Positions 39,561-53,518 of a stretch of 64,000 nt of DNA are shown piece by piece. Below the pieces are notes generated by a model. It was not told the DNA's origin, did not search any database, and saw only the letters and a list, made by a program, of their open reading frames with translations. The translations under genes and the position numbers were made by a program. The stretch comes from Rhynchobatus australiae (lineage: Eukaryota), in contig JAUZTB010000076.1 in assembly GCA_034780895.1 (NCBI GenBank), positions 61,452,767 to 61,516,766 on the forward strand, given 5' to 3'. Each line of letters starts with the position of its first letter. The first letter of the stretch is position 1.

Positions 39561-40964
39561 GTGAAGGATAGAGTTTTGATGGATCAAAGATATTTCAGAA
39601 TCCACTAAAGGAGAATATTAAGTACAGACCTGAAGTAAGAGGAGGCATGATGGATTAACTTCAGCCACCTTCAATATTAAATGTGGATTTCACAAAACAA
39701 TGGCAAAGGATTAAAAAGAAAAAAATTATCTGGTATTATCATGGAATAAGTTGAGTTGGTAGAAATTAATTCTTTTGCTGTGTATGCTAATCAAATGATG
39801 TNNNNNNNNNNNNNNNNNNNNNNNNNNNNNNNNNNNNNNNNNNNNNNNNNNNNNNNNNNNNNNNNNNNNNNNNNNNNNNNNNNNNNNNNNNNNNNNNNNN
39901 NNNNNNNNNNNNNNNNNNNNNNNNNNNNNNNNNNNNNNNNNNNNNNNNNNNNNNNNNNNNNNNNNNNNNNNNNNNNNNNNNNNNNNNNNNNNNNNNNNNN
40001 NNNNNNNNNNNNNNNNNNNNNNNNNNNNNNNNNNNNNNNNNNNNNNNNNNNNNNNNNNNNNNNNNNNNNNNNNNNNNNNNNNNNNNNNNNNNNNNNNNNN
40101 NNNNNNNNNNNNNNNNNNNNNNNNNNNNNNNNNNNNNNNNNNNNNNNNNNNNNNNNNNNNNNNNNNNNNNATCTTTCTGCAAGCTTGGACCGTACACAAA
40201 ACAAAGACAAATGGTTATGGTTGTTGGAGATGAATCACCTCAACCAAGAACCCTCACTTGCAGGAGTTCCTCAAATCAGTGTTCTAGAGGCAAACATCTT
40301 CAGCTGAATTATCAACCATAAGATCAGACTCAGGAATGTTTGGAACAGTCAGGAGTTGACAGCAAGATCTGATCCAATATTTTTTAAATGGTAAGAAACT
40401 AATAAATATTCATTTCCTGAGAGATTTTTGTGTGCATTAGGTGTCATGAGATTGATTCCTGGAATGATGAGATTGCTGAATGAGTAAGATTAAGTTATTT
40501 TCACTGAGTTCAAGAGAATGAGATGTGATTTCATTAAAACAACAGATCATCAGACTCATAATCAATATTTTCAGCCATAGGTATGGCCACAACCCCTAGC
40601 ACTCACACACTACTTGTTCTTCAGGCTGATATTGCAGAAGAGTTCAGCAGTCCACCTCATTGATAAAGCCTGTATGGTTTTGGCTTCATGGACATTAGGG
40701 GGACTAGGTGACAGGTCTTTGTGCAATCTGATGAAGTCAGCCTTAAAGGTACATACCCCATTTGTGACTGGCAGGCGGCTAAATATGAAATTCTAATCCC
40801 CATCCTTCAAGAGTTAGTGTCCAAATAAATGAAAAATGCTCTGAACTGTGGATGGTGCTTTAGAGGTCAGCAGAGATACAAGGTACTCTTCAGCCAAGAT
40901 TTTCCATGTATGAGGATGAAGGAGTTTTTCTTAAAATCATCTTAACTGTGCCACAACAGTGCCA

Positions 40965-41165
40965 AGTATAACATATCTCAGTAGACCCACATTCCATTAG
41001 TCTTACATCTGGAACCATATTCCCAGGAACTATATCTCCGCAGTAGAACCATCCTTCAATGGTTTCACGCCAGCAGAATTATGCCTCTACAGTAACCTAG
41101 CCAAATGGAATTATAGCCCAGTAAAACCATATGCATGCAATACCATATCCTTGTAGATCCATATG
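40965..41165. repeat. Highly degenerate ~16-bp minisatellite (consensus approx. GAACCATATCCCAGTA)
   Basis: Units such as gaaccatattcccag, gaactatatctccgcagta, gaattatagcccagta, aaaccatatgcatgca, ataccatatccttgta. Confidence 0.55.
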
Positions 41166-42239
41166 TAAGCATAGTCCCAACTCAAAAGTGCTTTGTTCCC
41201 ACATGAAATCATGTTATGTGGGAGAGCAAAATAAGTATGCAGATGTAGAAGGTCCAGGTTGGTACGACCGTTGAGGTGATTTACGCAAGCTTAGTGTCTA
41301 CAGGCTAAGGTAGAAGAAAATCAATTCCCATTCACTTCTTAGGGCACGATGAGAGAACAAAAATGCTGTTGAGTTTTGTTATTCCAGGTGATCAAGCAAC
41401 TCCTCAGATTGAAGGACGTAGCCAGGATAGGATAGCAAAACGCCATTAAACTTGTAGTGTGAGTTTGCAATTTCAGCAGTGAAAGAGAAAAAAGGTTGTA
41501 ATGGAAATTTGCAAAAGAAGCTTCTGTCTGGCTTGTTGAAGATTACAAAGCAGTGCTTTCTTTGGTTATGTGCTGACTCATACTTGCACTGCTGGGATTG
41601 CCAGTAGTTCAGTGTCACAATGAGAAACAAGCAGTATCAACATCCAGGGATATCAGATGGTCAATGGTTCAGACTGGTACAGGGGCCAACAGCATAGCTC
41701 TTTCATCTGTAGAATGAAGGCTAAGAGTCTCAGGAGAAAGGGTGGACCAATTAAAACTACGATAAGATATTTCTACGTTCAAATTACTGTGAATCTTTAG
41801 AAATACACAGCCCACAGGGCATGGATTCTCAGCCTGTGAGGATGTACAAAGCTGTGAGGATTAATTTTGTTTTAGGACCAAGGATATCAAAGAGGAAGGG
41901 TTTGGACAGGAAAATGGTTTTGAGGGACAAAATCAGTCATGTTTTTATGGTGTTATGGCTCCCTATGATACAAGATGGACATATAGTTTCTTTACCATCA
42001 TTCAACAAAATAAAATCATCTCCAATTTCTTATCACCAACTAAATTTCTAAAATTCAAAAACAAATTATAACAGAAGAGTCCTCTGCTTGGATTTGAACT
42101 TTTAACATCCCTGTGTACTCACCACTTGAGAAGTTGTGGCACTGCCGCTCTCTTTCCTCATGTAGTCAGACTCCAAATGCATACAGAGAAATGTAGCCTC
42201 TGCTTAAAAATTGATTTGGTATGTTTCCCTGAATAAGAA

Positions 42240-43483
42240 TGGGGACAGCTTCGAAGATGGCCATTTGGTCCATTGTGTCCATACCGGTCATATGTAACAG
42301 CATACAACTAGTCCCACACTCTTGCCCTCTTCCGAAAGCAGTGCAAATTCTCTGTTCTGACATTATCCAGTTCCTTTCTGAATTCTGCAATTGAATCTCT
42401 CTCCACTACCACTCGCTAACCGTGAGGAAAGAAGACTTTTCCTCATGTCATTTTTGATTGTTTCACCAATTACTATCATCCAAAGTCCCATAATTCTTGG
42501 TGTCTCCCCTAAGGAGAATATTTTCTTTCTACTGTCTAAACCCTCCATGATTTTGATTACCTCTGTTGGTTGTCCTGTCAACATCCTCCATTCCAAGGAG
42601 AGCAACCCCAGCTTCTCCAGTCCATCCCTTGTCCCTGGAATCATTTTACTAAATTTCTTCTGCACTCCTCAAAAAGCTTTTGCATCTTTTGTAAAATTTG
42701 ATACCCAGAACTGAGCACATTACTCCATTAATGGTATAAATAGTGTTTTATAAAGTTCATTTCAGTTTCCTCAATTTTGTACTCTGTGCTGCTCTTTGGA
42801 AAGCCTAAGATCTCTACGACTTATTTAACCATTTTGAGTCAGCCCTGCCAATTTCAGTTAACTACTTGCATATATCCCCATACTTCTATTTCGCAGTAGC
42901 TCTAGTTTTGTTTCTTTCTAGCCTCTTCTCATTCTTCCTGCCAGAATGTAATACTTCGTATTTCTCAGAATTGAATTTCATCTGCCTCCCAGGTGCCCAT
43001 TCCAACAGCCTTTTTACACCTCCTCATATTTGGTTCTGCCTCCATGTTTTATGTCATCTGCAATTTTGGAAATTATGTTCTACTCCTGTCATTAATAAAT
43101 GTTAAGAAAAACAGTGATCTTCGTAGCAACTGTTACGGACTAGGACTATTAGTGAGGTTCCTTTAAGATGGAGTGTGTGTGTGGCGTGCTTACGTCAACA
43201 GAAGATAAAGAATGTTATGATGTTGTTGTTGAAACAACCAGTGGAAGTCAGTCTGAAGGAGAGAGAGAGACCAGCCTGCTTGTTTTCTCTATCGATGGAT
43301 GAGAAACAATAACTGTGACTGTNNNNNNNNNNNNNNNNNNNNNNNNNNNNNNNNNNNNNNNNNNNNNNNNNNNNNNNNNNNNNNNNNNNNNNNNNNNNNN
43401 NNNNNNNNNNNNNNNNNNNNNNATTGCAGTGACAGTCACAGTTATTGTTTCTCATCCATCGATAGAGAAAACAAGCAGGCTGG

Positions 43484-43515
<32 letters not shown>

Positions 43516-45350
43516 GTGTCTCTCTCCTTCAGACTGACTTCCACTGGTTGTTTCAACAACAACGTCATGACGTTCTTTATCTTCTGTTGATGTAAGCACG
43601 CCACACACTCTGACGTAAGCATGCCACACACACCATCTTAAAGGAACCTTACTAATAGTCCTAGTCCATAACACAACCACTGAAGAACTTCATTGTACAC
43701 TTCCCTCCAGTTCTAACTATTACTCTCTGTTTCCTGTTACTTCGCCAATGTAGTATCCATGCTGGTGCAGCCCCTCTTATTACATTGTCTCCAAACTTAA
43801 TGAAAATTATGTGGTTTATGCCTTCTAGAAGCACATTAACCACATTTCCCTCTTCAACCCTCTCAGTTACTTAATCAAAAAATGTTATCAAGTTTGTTAA
43901 TGATAATTTGCTTTTAACAAATCCATGATGGCTTTCTCCAGCCAATCTACACAATCTGAATGACTGCCAATGTTATTTTAAGAACATTCCCATCACCAAG
44001 GTCTATAGTTACTGAATTTACACCATACCTTTTTTAAATCAAGGTAACATTTACAGTTTCCTGGTCCTCAGTTTGCACCCCAAACCTATGGATGCATTGC
44101 TATGACCAAGGTCTCTGTCACTTTCTCCCTTACTTCCTGCAGCAATTTAGGATGCAATGTGTATCAAGCTTTTATGGCATTTCTTTATCAATTTTTAGCT
44201 CATTCTTAATATTGATTAATCTTCCTTTTGAGGCTCCAGTTTCCCTCTAGCATGATTATATCTTACTTAATTAGGACCCAGTTCCATTTTCCCTTCCCTA
44301 TTCTCTATTAACACTTTGTATCCTGAATGTTAATTCCTCAGTTCAGTCTTTTTTGAGCTTTGTTTCAGTCATGCAGCTGTATCCTAATCCAAACTGACTT
44401 ATTGTATTTGCAGTTCTGAAATCTGTATATTAATGTACACTCATTTTCTATTCCTTGTATTCTCTGAGTCTGCTCCAACTTAATATTGTATTTCTTATCT
44501 ATCCCTACCAAACATTCCCTTTGCTTTGTGCACTTCTTTTATGTTACCATGTGCTGATAGCCATCACCCTGCTAATTTAATTTAATCCTTCCACAAGAGT
44601 GAATACGAGTCTCAGGCCTGTCATGCTGCAATTTGTCCATCTTGGAGCAGGTCCCTTATAGTCCTTGTGCCCCCAAGAATCTGAAGCATTCCCTTCTGCC
44701 TGATCTTTCTGTTTCTACTGTCACTCTCATTGGAAGTAATCCAGAGATTGCTGCCTTCAAAATCCTGCTTTATAGCTTCTTCCTTGGCTCCTGAAACTCT
44801 GCCTGTAGGATCACAATATATACTCTGCCGTTCCAACACAAACCTCAGCTGCTGGTTCCTCCTGTTCCTCCCTTAGAATGTTCTTCCCAATCCCTGTGAC
44901 ATTTTGCCCTGGCATCAGGAAGCCAACATAATGCACGATGCACATTCAGAGTTACAGAAAAACCCATATGCTCCCTGACCATGGAATCCTCATAACTACT
45001 GCATTCCTCACCTTTTTTTTCTTGTTCCTTTTATCCCTTGGTTCTGTGTTCTGTACTCCCTCAAGGTCTCATCACCTGCAACAATCTCTAAAACCTTGCT
45101 TTGGGAAATAGAGACCTTTCAGTTCCTACCTCTTTTGGATGGCCATCACTTACTATCCTGAATTCTTGAGATTGTTGGGTTTCCACCATCTGGAACATTG
45201 AGAAATTCTCAACTTCCCTTTGTTTCTCAAAAGGTCTAGCTACCCCTCAGACTCAAGAGGTCCTAACCTGAGTTTAAACAACTAGAGTCCACTTTTACAT
45301 GTGTGGTCTGCCAGAACCCATTAAATTGCCACAGGTCATGAATAGCAGAT
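42240..45350 (-). mobile_element. Old CR1 LINE (host of the inverted-arm element)
   Basis: LEKLGLLSLEW, EVIKIMEG, IKFGDN; esterase-like ORF1 remnants at 44600-45000. Confidence 0.7.
43131..43673. mobile_element. Long-inverted-arm element with TGT...ACA ends and 4-bp TSD (Ginger-like or inverted-LTR); centre in an N gap
   Basis: 43131-43322 is the reverse complement of about 43432-43673 with substitutions and indels; flanked by CAAC on both sides; interrupts a continuous CR1 sequence. Confidence 0.8.
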
Positions 45351-46599
45351 GTAGGTTTCAGCTGACCCTCCATGATGTAACAAACCTTTATTTCATTTTA
45401 GTTATTTGCCCTGATTGAATTACTCTGATTCTTTTTCTGTGTTTTCTTTTCCATTTGCAGTTTAATTAACTAATCAGCACTTCCTTTCCATTCTGAATAA
45501 ATACCCAGGATAAACCCTGCCCTCTGTTCCCTTATTTGTAATTCAATCCTGATTTTAAAAAAATTAGAGTATCACCTCCTTCCTCCAACTTGCCAAATTC
45601 CAATTATCATTTGAATTTTGCAGTCCATTTTAAGTTCCCCAGATGAGCCACTTTGTTCTAACATGGGAGTTTATAAAAAATTTCATTGAGCTATTCAAGA
45701 TTTTGTGAGGCTTTCTTCTCTGGCTGAAGAGCCAGAGACATAAACTCAGATGAAGGGATTAGACATTTAGGAGACGAGATGAGATTTTTTTTCTTTTTAG
45801 AATGTCTTTGGAATTCTCCCTCAGTGTGCTATAGATACTCGGTTGTTTATACAGAGCTGAGATCTATAGATTATTGATTTTATCTACCTGAGGATTAGAC
45901 AGTAATGTGAACTTGAGATAATCATCTAAGATGTTACTGATTTGAGGGGCCATGCTGAAAGAGTCATGAGGCTTGCCTCTTTGGTTTCTCATGTCCAGCT
46001 ATGTGGTTTAAACCAATTCTTATTTGCTAATTGAAGTTACTTCTAAAAAATTGGCCCCATCAGAATCAATGACTTAAGACACTTTTTATACCAAGAACCT
46101 AAGCCCGAAGCGGAAAATATTCCACTAACTTTTAGCTTTTATTCACCAAGCATTTATTATTGGATCAATCATTTGGTACAGTTGCATAATAGAAAAGTTA
46201 CTGGACTGACAGCCACAGTTCAGGTACATTGATCCAGAGTCCTAAGCTTAATTCCCATTATAGCCAAATTTCAAATGGCAGCCAATATTTGTTACACCAG
46301 TGAGGTAGAACCATTTAAGTTGCTGTCTGATTGGAATTGGTAGAGAGAGTGAATACCAATATATAGCCCAATCCAGTGATTAATGTTAAGAAAATAGCTC
46401 TATAAATCTTAATTATCTTAAAGGTTTTCTCATATGACTTTACTCCTTTACATACTTTCCATAACATTTAATATTATTTCTTCGCTTATTGCTCAAGTAT
46501 GGTATAATTTAAAGGCTCAGTCAACCTACTTTCCAGGAATACCATAACAAATCTATGGAAACAAAGATTGAAACTTAACCAACCATCCTATTGTGTTGG

Positions 46600-47420
46600 A
46601 TAAGTAGAGGTTTCATCCAATTATTAGGAAAACTGAAACCATCAGTATCAGTCTGGACCATAAACGATAGTCGCTCTGACTCTCTTCCTGACTACTGAAT
46701 TGAAGCTAAACTATACTGTTCACAATCTTGGTGTTGTCTATGACCTGAGATGGGCTTGCCTCCATATATTTAGAAAATCATTAAGACTATCTAGTTCAAT
46801 TTGTTAATAATGCCTGCTTCTGTCCCTGCTTCCTCTTCTTCTCCTGAAGCCCCTGTTGATGCCTTTGTTGCCTCTAGTCACAACTACTCCAAGGTTCTCT
46901 TGGCTGACCTCCATCTGTGGACTTTAAACAAAACTCTTCTGCTAGTATTCTAACTCTGATGAAATCTTGATCATTCACTGTGTTATGCTATAATGCTCGT
47001 ATATTATTTCTTCATCCAGCAATAACTTGCTTTTAAAATTCTCATTCTTGTTTATTAACATTTCCCTCCCTACCACCCCATCCACATCCCATAGCTCCTG
47101 TAATTTAATGACTGTCTGATATCTCTGTACACCTCCATTTCTGATCTCTGTTGTTTCCTTCAATGGCATTTATGCATTTTGCTCAGAAATTTCCTCCCTA
47201 ATTGTCCCTCCCTCTCCCCTTCAATACACTCCTTAAAAGTGGATTGTATGAGCAAGTTTTTGGGTACCTTTATGATTAATGTCTCAGTTATCTCTCCACA
47301 GATGCTCTCTGACTTTCCAGCACACTGTCTGTATTTTTACTGTCTCCTTATAATATAGTGCCATATTTTGTTTGGTAATTGCTCCTTTGAAACACCTCAA
47401 ACATTTCACTATGCTATCAG
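46600..47420 (+). mobile_element. L2 LINE fragment
   Basis: cacaatcttggtgt, gcctttgttgcctctagtcacaactactcc (AFV.SRLDY-like), tttaaaattctcattcttg. Confidence 0.6.
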
Positions 47421-50400
47421 CTTTATATAAATGGCTTTATCTCATACAATTCCAAGCACAGCATAGAAATTGATTACATGGGACTGTGTTTATCAGCATA
47501 ATATGGTTGAATTTTCATGTTTTTAAGTGCAACTCATGAAAATGTGGTCATGTTGAACAGATCATAAAGCTCAAGTTTAACCTGGCTTTTCCAATGCATG
47601 ATATACACTAATGCACAAGATTTCTCACCAGTGGGACATGAGAAGTGACATTACAGAGAATAAAACACTTGATTCTGGTGTTTACAGCTGCTTTAGAACC
47701 ATTCTTGAGCACTTAAGAGCATTCCATTCACTGCAGCTCAGAACTATTTGGTACTTCTGCAGTATATATTGTATTGAACTTTGGAAGCTACTGGGGGGGG
47801 GGAAATCAGAAGTCTGTTTGAATGACTTGGGGTGAATTCCACTGCCAGTTATCCAATTACTACTACTAAGTCGTGAGTACTTTGCTGATGGTCCTTCTGG
47901 GCATTATGCATGAGCTGGAACTACAAACAGACTTTGCCTGGGGTCCCTAAGGGAATAGGAGGTTAAAGGAGAGGTCTCACATTTGTAAACCTATTACTGA
48001 AAAGTCCATTGGAAATCATGTCCCTATCCCAGCTCTTCCCTTTGAAGGGCAATATAAGAAAAGTTTTCTGTCAGTAGTGACAAGAACCCTGAGCTTCTGT
48101 AGGCAGCGCTCTGACCACATACCCATGATTGGACTATTCTGCTCATTCAGGTTAAAGTCACAAACACCGTGATACCTGACAGATCATTAAGGCCACCAGT
48201 GCTGATCGTTGCCATATAACTGAGTTTATGGTGCACCAGGGAAAAGATACTGATGCTGTTGGTCACAGAAAAGAGATGTTATCTTTTTTTCCTTGAATGG
48301 AGGCCATCAAAGGGAATGGCTAAGGGGTTTTGCAAGGTTTATGGTTTTCCCTAAAGTTCCCTAAGAAAGTGAAGTCCTGCATTCATGGTTCTTTATAATT
48401 CCCCTTGAGAACTTGAAACCCTTGTAGTGGCTAGCTACACTGAATAAAGGCACAAGACACTTGTTTGAAGTCCAAGAGTTGAATGAACGACTGGGGTGTG
48501 CTGCCCCTTTAATAAACACAGTTCCCACATGCGGGCTCCACTAGCCCAACAAAGGAGGAGTGCCCCAAGCCATCTTGTGTTGGGGCCTCCAACGACACTT
48601 GCAATCATGGGAGCCAGTTCGTGAAGGGCAAGTCACCACACCCTATACAAATTACAAAGGCTATGGCTCCCAAAACATTCATTTTCAACCATCTGACACA
48701 TTTTCTCAAGATCAATACCATGTCCACGAGGTGATGTCATGTTTTTTTTTAGCTTCAGGCCATTTGTGGTGAATTTGATTTTTCGGTTGCTGTACCATGT
48801 AGAGTGCTGGTTCTCAGAGGATAAAGGGCATCCCCTCCTCCATTGCTTCTCACACCTGCCTTCTCTCTGGATAGTACAACAGGACACTTTTACAACAACA
48901 GACACAGATCTGATACCCTAATAGAGGGTGCCATCAGGATCCTTTAGATGATCTACAAAAAGGATTAGTTACTTCATCCCCACCTGCTTCAGCATTCATA
49001 ATTGTAGTGTCAGGAAGACACAGCCCTTGTCCATGGTGAGGGCAGCAGGGGATGAAGGTGGAGCAGAAAGAGGTTATTAACCATTAAAAGGAGACTTATC
49101 AAGGCATGCCTTATTGTACAGGATTCTCTTTAAAGTCCCCATGCACAGACTCTGCTCTGGCAGTGGCTTCTAATTAGGGAGATATCAGAATGAAGATGTC
49201 TTCTCAGCATAATTTGACCAACTGTCCTCAACTTCCATTCAATTATTTTACCTGTCTGCACTAGTTACTTTGCTGATTACTTTGCCATTAGAATGCTTTC
49301 ACATTTGGAACTCTATGTCATTACTGTCCATACGTCACAATGTTGAGCAAACTCACAGAGAACCCAAATGCAGCACACCAATACAAGACTGGAGTCAGGA
49401 CACTTCCTCAGGACAAACACANNNNNNNNNNNNNNNNNNNNNNNNNNNNNNNNNNNNNNNNNNNNNNNNNNNNNNNNNNNNNNNNNNNNNNNNNNNNNNN
49501 NNNNNNNNNNNNNNNNNNNNNGTCCAGCATGGAATCCATGTGCTGGACAACAAGGCATTAAAGGAGCCAAATTGAGGGCCAGAACTCAGAACCATGGCCC
49601 CATATTAGATTTTGCATGAAGATATTCCCTACTTCCTAGGGACAGCCTTGCATCAACAGCCTCCACTGCAGGGAACAATGTCATCTGTCCCTAAATTAAT
49701 AAAGGGCAGAACAAAAATTCATTATCTCAAGTTATACAATTTAAATTACTGAAAATGTTCAAGCTCCTTGTCCCTGATTATTTAACACAACTGACAGAAA
49801 ACTTAATTCACCTTCACTTGATAAAGATGATGCAGACAAAAGTTATTGCATCATACAATACTTTGTCTTTCTGAACAATCACAGTAGTCTATTTCTTGCA
49901 TCCTCCTGCTCCTAATGAACTGCCGTCTGCTCCCATATGGTATTAAGCAGAGCCATGATTCTACCAAAGAGACCACTGAGCCACAAAAACATTTTGATAC
50001 CTCATTAGAAGCAGAAAGTTGCTATTATCAGCTACTGTACATTGGAAGCTCCATGCCTGCCAGCACTAATGTTCCCTCCATTTCCCTAATGGAAAGAATG
50101 TGCTCCGAACTCAGTCGAAGGCCCTGCAAGAGGTTGCAGACGTACATTTCTCATGTTCATTGAAATCATCTCCCTCGTGTTATTAGGCAGGCGGACAACA
50201 CAGCAAACATTCAATGTGCATCTGTAATAGCCTCCTATGTATGCTCACTTATCATTATCCTCAAAGTTCTTTGAGACAGAACTGATTTGTAACTTCTCCA
50301 GGGGAGATATCCCACTAACTTCCCTATCTCTCTGCCTAACTGCAACCTGCAGTGCCAGATGTCTTTCCATTTGAAATACGCACCTCCAACTTAGATTCCC

Positions 50401-53400
50401 GAATCCTTAGAGTTCCTGTGTCTGAACTGACACTGGGTGGTGTCATGTGCTTTAAATGGTCTTCTTTGCATCTTCCTGTTCCCTCTCCAATCCAACTTTA
50501 TGTGCTGCACCTGTATACAGTGAGGTGGGCGGATGGGTTGGTGGTGGTTGTGTGACACTGCAATACTGTTCTAGCCTCCCAGAGAAGGCTCTGGAAAAAT
50601 TCTGGAAATATTCCAGATGTTGAGGTTTAATGAGCTGACCCTCCATGCCCAGTATGCATCCAATGAGGGTGAGTGGGCTCCACACTGTGAGTAAATGACA
50701 GGCACCATATCTGGACCCCCTTATCAGGGATGCCAGCTACCAAAGGCTGTAGAAGGCTTTTTTTAACAGTTTTTAAATCTGATAGAGATAATTAAAACTT
50801 TTAAAATGTATTTAAATAACAATAAATATATTACAATGTTTAAACTTATTAATATAATATTTTTGTTATTAAACTTTAAACTTTAAGTAAGTAAGTGAGG
50901 CACTTATCTTTTTCCTCAGAGTATGAATAGATTGATAATTCTATGCCTTTTCTTCCTGACCTAAAGTTGAGGGCCAGATGTGGAAAAAAACTGTTATCCT
51001 CTCTGAGACTCACTGATCTGTCACTGTTGCCCAATGATTGAGCAGAAACCCAACGTCTGACTGCATGTGCAGAGAAGTTAGAATTTCTTAGGAAAGGTGA
51101 CCGAGAACCACTATTTCTCATCAAAACCACCAGCAATGAGTCAGGACAATTCAATCTGATAAAGGTGAGAAGATCATAGCAATTTAAGTGTCACAGGGCA
51201 TCTAGATGCACACAGACAGACAATTTATTGCAATGAAGTAAAAAGGCATCATAAGGGGCAGATAGAAGGTTGCATATCTTCTTCACCTCTGACAGCCTTA
51301 ACGGCAGTCAAGAGTTAAACTTGAATTGTATATTTAATGCTCCTGTTTAGAACCAATTGCATTTCCAGGCCTTATACTTTCCAGCTGCTGGTACTTTTTT
51401 TTATAGAATGCCATGTGTAAATAAATGACAACAAGTTAATGTGCAGCACATTTACAGTAAATGTGTGATCAATTATCCATAATGTGTTTTTGATTCCAAA
51501 AACCATTAATTGCATTAGCATAAAGAGACTAACATTTGTTATTTCACCCGATCTTTTTAGGAATGAGTGGAGAGACCTGAGAATATCAACCTTTCTTGAA
51601 AAGACCCAAGTATATCAGAGTCTAATCCATAGACTAAGGTAAAGTTTAATTAGATAGTTCTAATGAAGTAATGGATGAGTTTCTCTATTTTGAGCATGTT
51701 AATCTTTTTGGAAGAAAACAGATAACTGGAAGTTAGTATTATATCAGTATTCTGATGTGTCTCTATATTTCCATCAATTTAGAAATAAATGTCTGATGTT
51801 TATCTGTGGTGGGATTGTTTTAATCTCTTTGGAAGGCCAACAATTATGTTAAATTGGAAGCTAGAAAACAAAATAGATAGGTGCTACATTGTAGCATTAT
51901 ATGCCCCACTAGAAGTTTCCCTGCATATCATGGGTTACTGATCAGGTATCCTTCTTGGTTAAGGTACACCAGAATTATGTTTCTTGTTTGGCTTGGGGGT
52001 GTAGTATTNNNNNNNNNNNNNNNNNNNNNNNNNNNNNNNNNNNNNNNNNNNNNNNNNNNNNNNNNNNNNNNNNNNNNNNNNNNNNNNNNNNNNNNNNNNN
52101 NNNNNNNNTGTAGTATTTGTATATCCTTAGAACAGTCTTTGTGAGCCTCGTTTGCCTCTATTACTTGGCAGGCTAATGAATGAAGAAAGGTCATCTGATG
52201 ATCCCACAAAACATAAATCTACTAATTGGCTGGGAGGGTGCATGGGTGAATGTAATGCATTTGTACAAAATCATGGAGAGATACAGCACCAAAAGAGGCC
52301 CTTTGGTTTATGCCAAACATCAAGCACCCACTTTTACACTAATCTTACCCTTACCCATTTTATTCTGCTCACACTCTCATCAATCTCCTCCAGATGTGAC
52401 TTACATCATATTACCTGTATTCTTTAATGCAACAAAAACTACTCAAGGCTCTTCTTCTTAGGCAGTCCTTAGACTTCCACTCTGGTTGTTTGAGTTCTGG
52501 GTTGGCTAATGAAGCCAGTATGTAATCCACAGATGAGGCAGGTGGTGCCTGACAGGCAGGTAAGTTGGTAAGTGGGTAGTTTGTGAAGAGGTTCACTCCT
52601 TCTGCCACTTACACAGGGCATCTATGTGCATCCATGCATGGCATGGTCTCGAGGTTCTCAACACCATCCTGAATGCTCCTTCTCCACTTTGGTTAAGAGA
52701 TAAGAGATTCCCAGGAGTTTGTGGGGATGTTGCATTTCTTCAAGGAGGTTCTGAGCACATCCTTGAATCTTTACCTCCGTCTGCCTGGTAAACTTCTCTA
52801 GTGCTGTTTTGGGAGTCTGGTATCGGGCATTGCAAGCAACGTGGCCTGTCCAGTGTAGCTGAGTGTAACTAGGACTCAGTGCTGGGTATGTTGGCTTGGG
52901 AGGGAATATGACTTTGTTTTGCTTATTCTTCCACTGAATTTGGAGGATTTTGCAGAGACAGCATTGGTGGTATCTTTCTAGTGCCTTGATATGACCAGTG
53001 GATAATCCAGGTCTCAGAAGCATTTGGTGGGCATGGATTACTGCTGCCAAATTGACCATGACTTTTGTGCCAGGTCTAAGGTCTTGATCTTCAAGTAGTC
53101 TTTTCCTCCATTGACCAAAGGCTGTGCTGAAGCCTTGAAGGTGTTAGTGAATTTCATCATCAAGGACTGTTTTCACCAAGTAGTCCACATTCTCCACAAT
53201 CTTGCCATGAGTCTATATTATTGGGGGGCCTGTGTGGTGCAGTGGGGGCAGGTTGACAGAGACCTTTGCCTTGCATATGTTGAGAATAAAGCCCTTTTTT
53301 TTGTGCTTCAATTAACAAGTCAACAAAGGTTTGGAGCTTGGCCTCCAAGTGTGGGCAGATGCAAGCATCATCTGCAGCTTGACTAATGAGGTTTGGATAG

Positions 53401-53518
53401 TCTTGGTTCTGGAGTGTAGTCACCATAGGTTGAACAGTTTCCCAGCAGTTCTGAAGGTCAACACCACTCCTGTGGGAAGTTTGTTAAAGGTAAGATGCAA
53501 CACTTCAAGAAATATTGA

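Noticed and set aside
47900-49700. Possible Tx1/L1 remnants (RGCPLS-like motif on minus near 48825)
   Set aside because: Too decayed to confirm domain order or boundaries by eye
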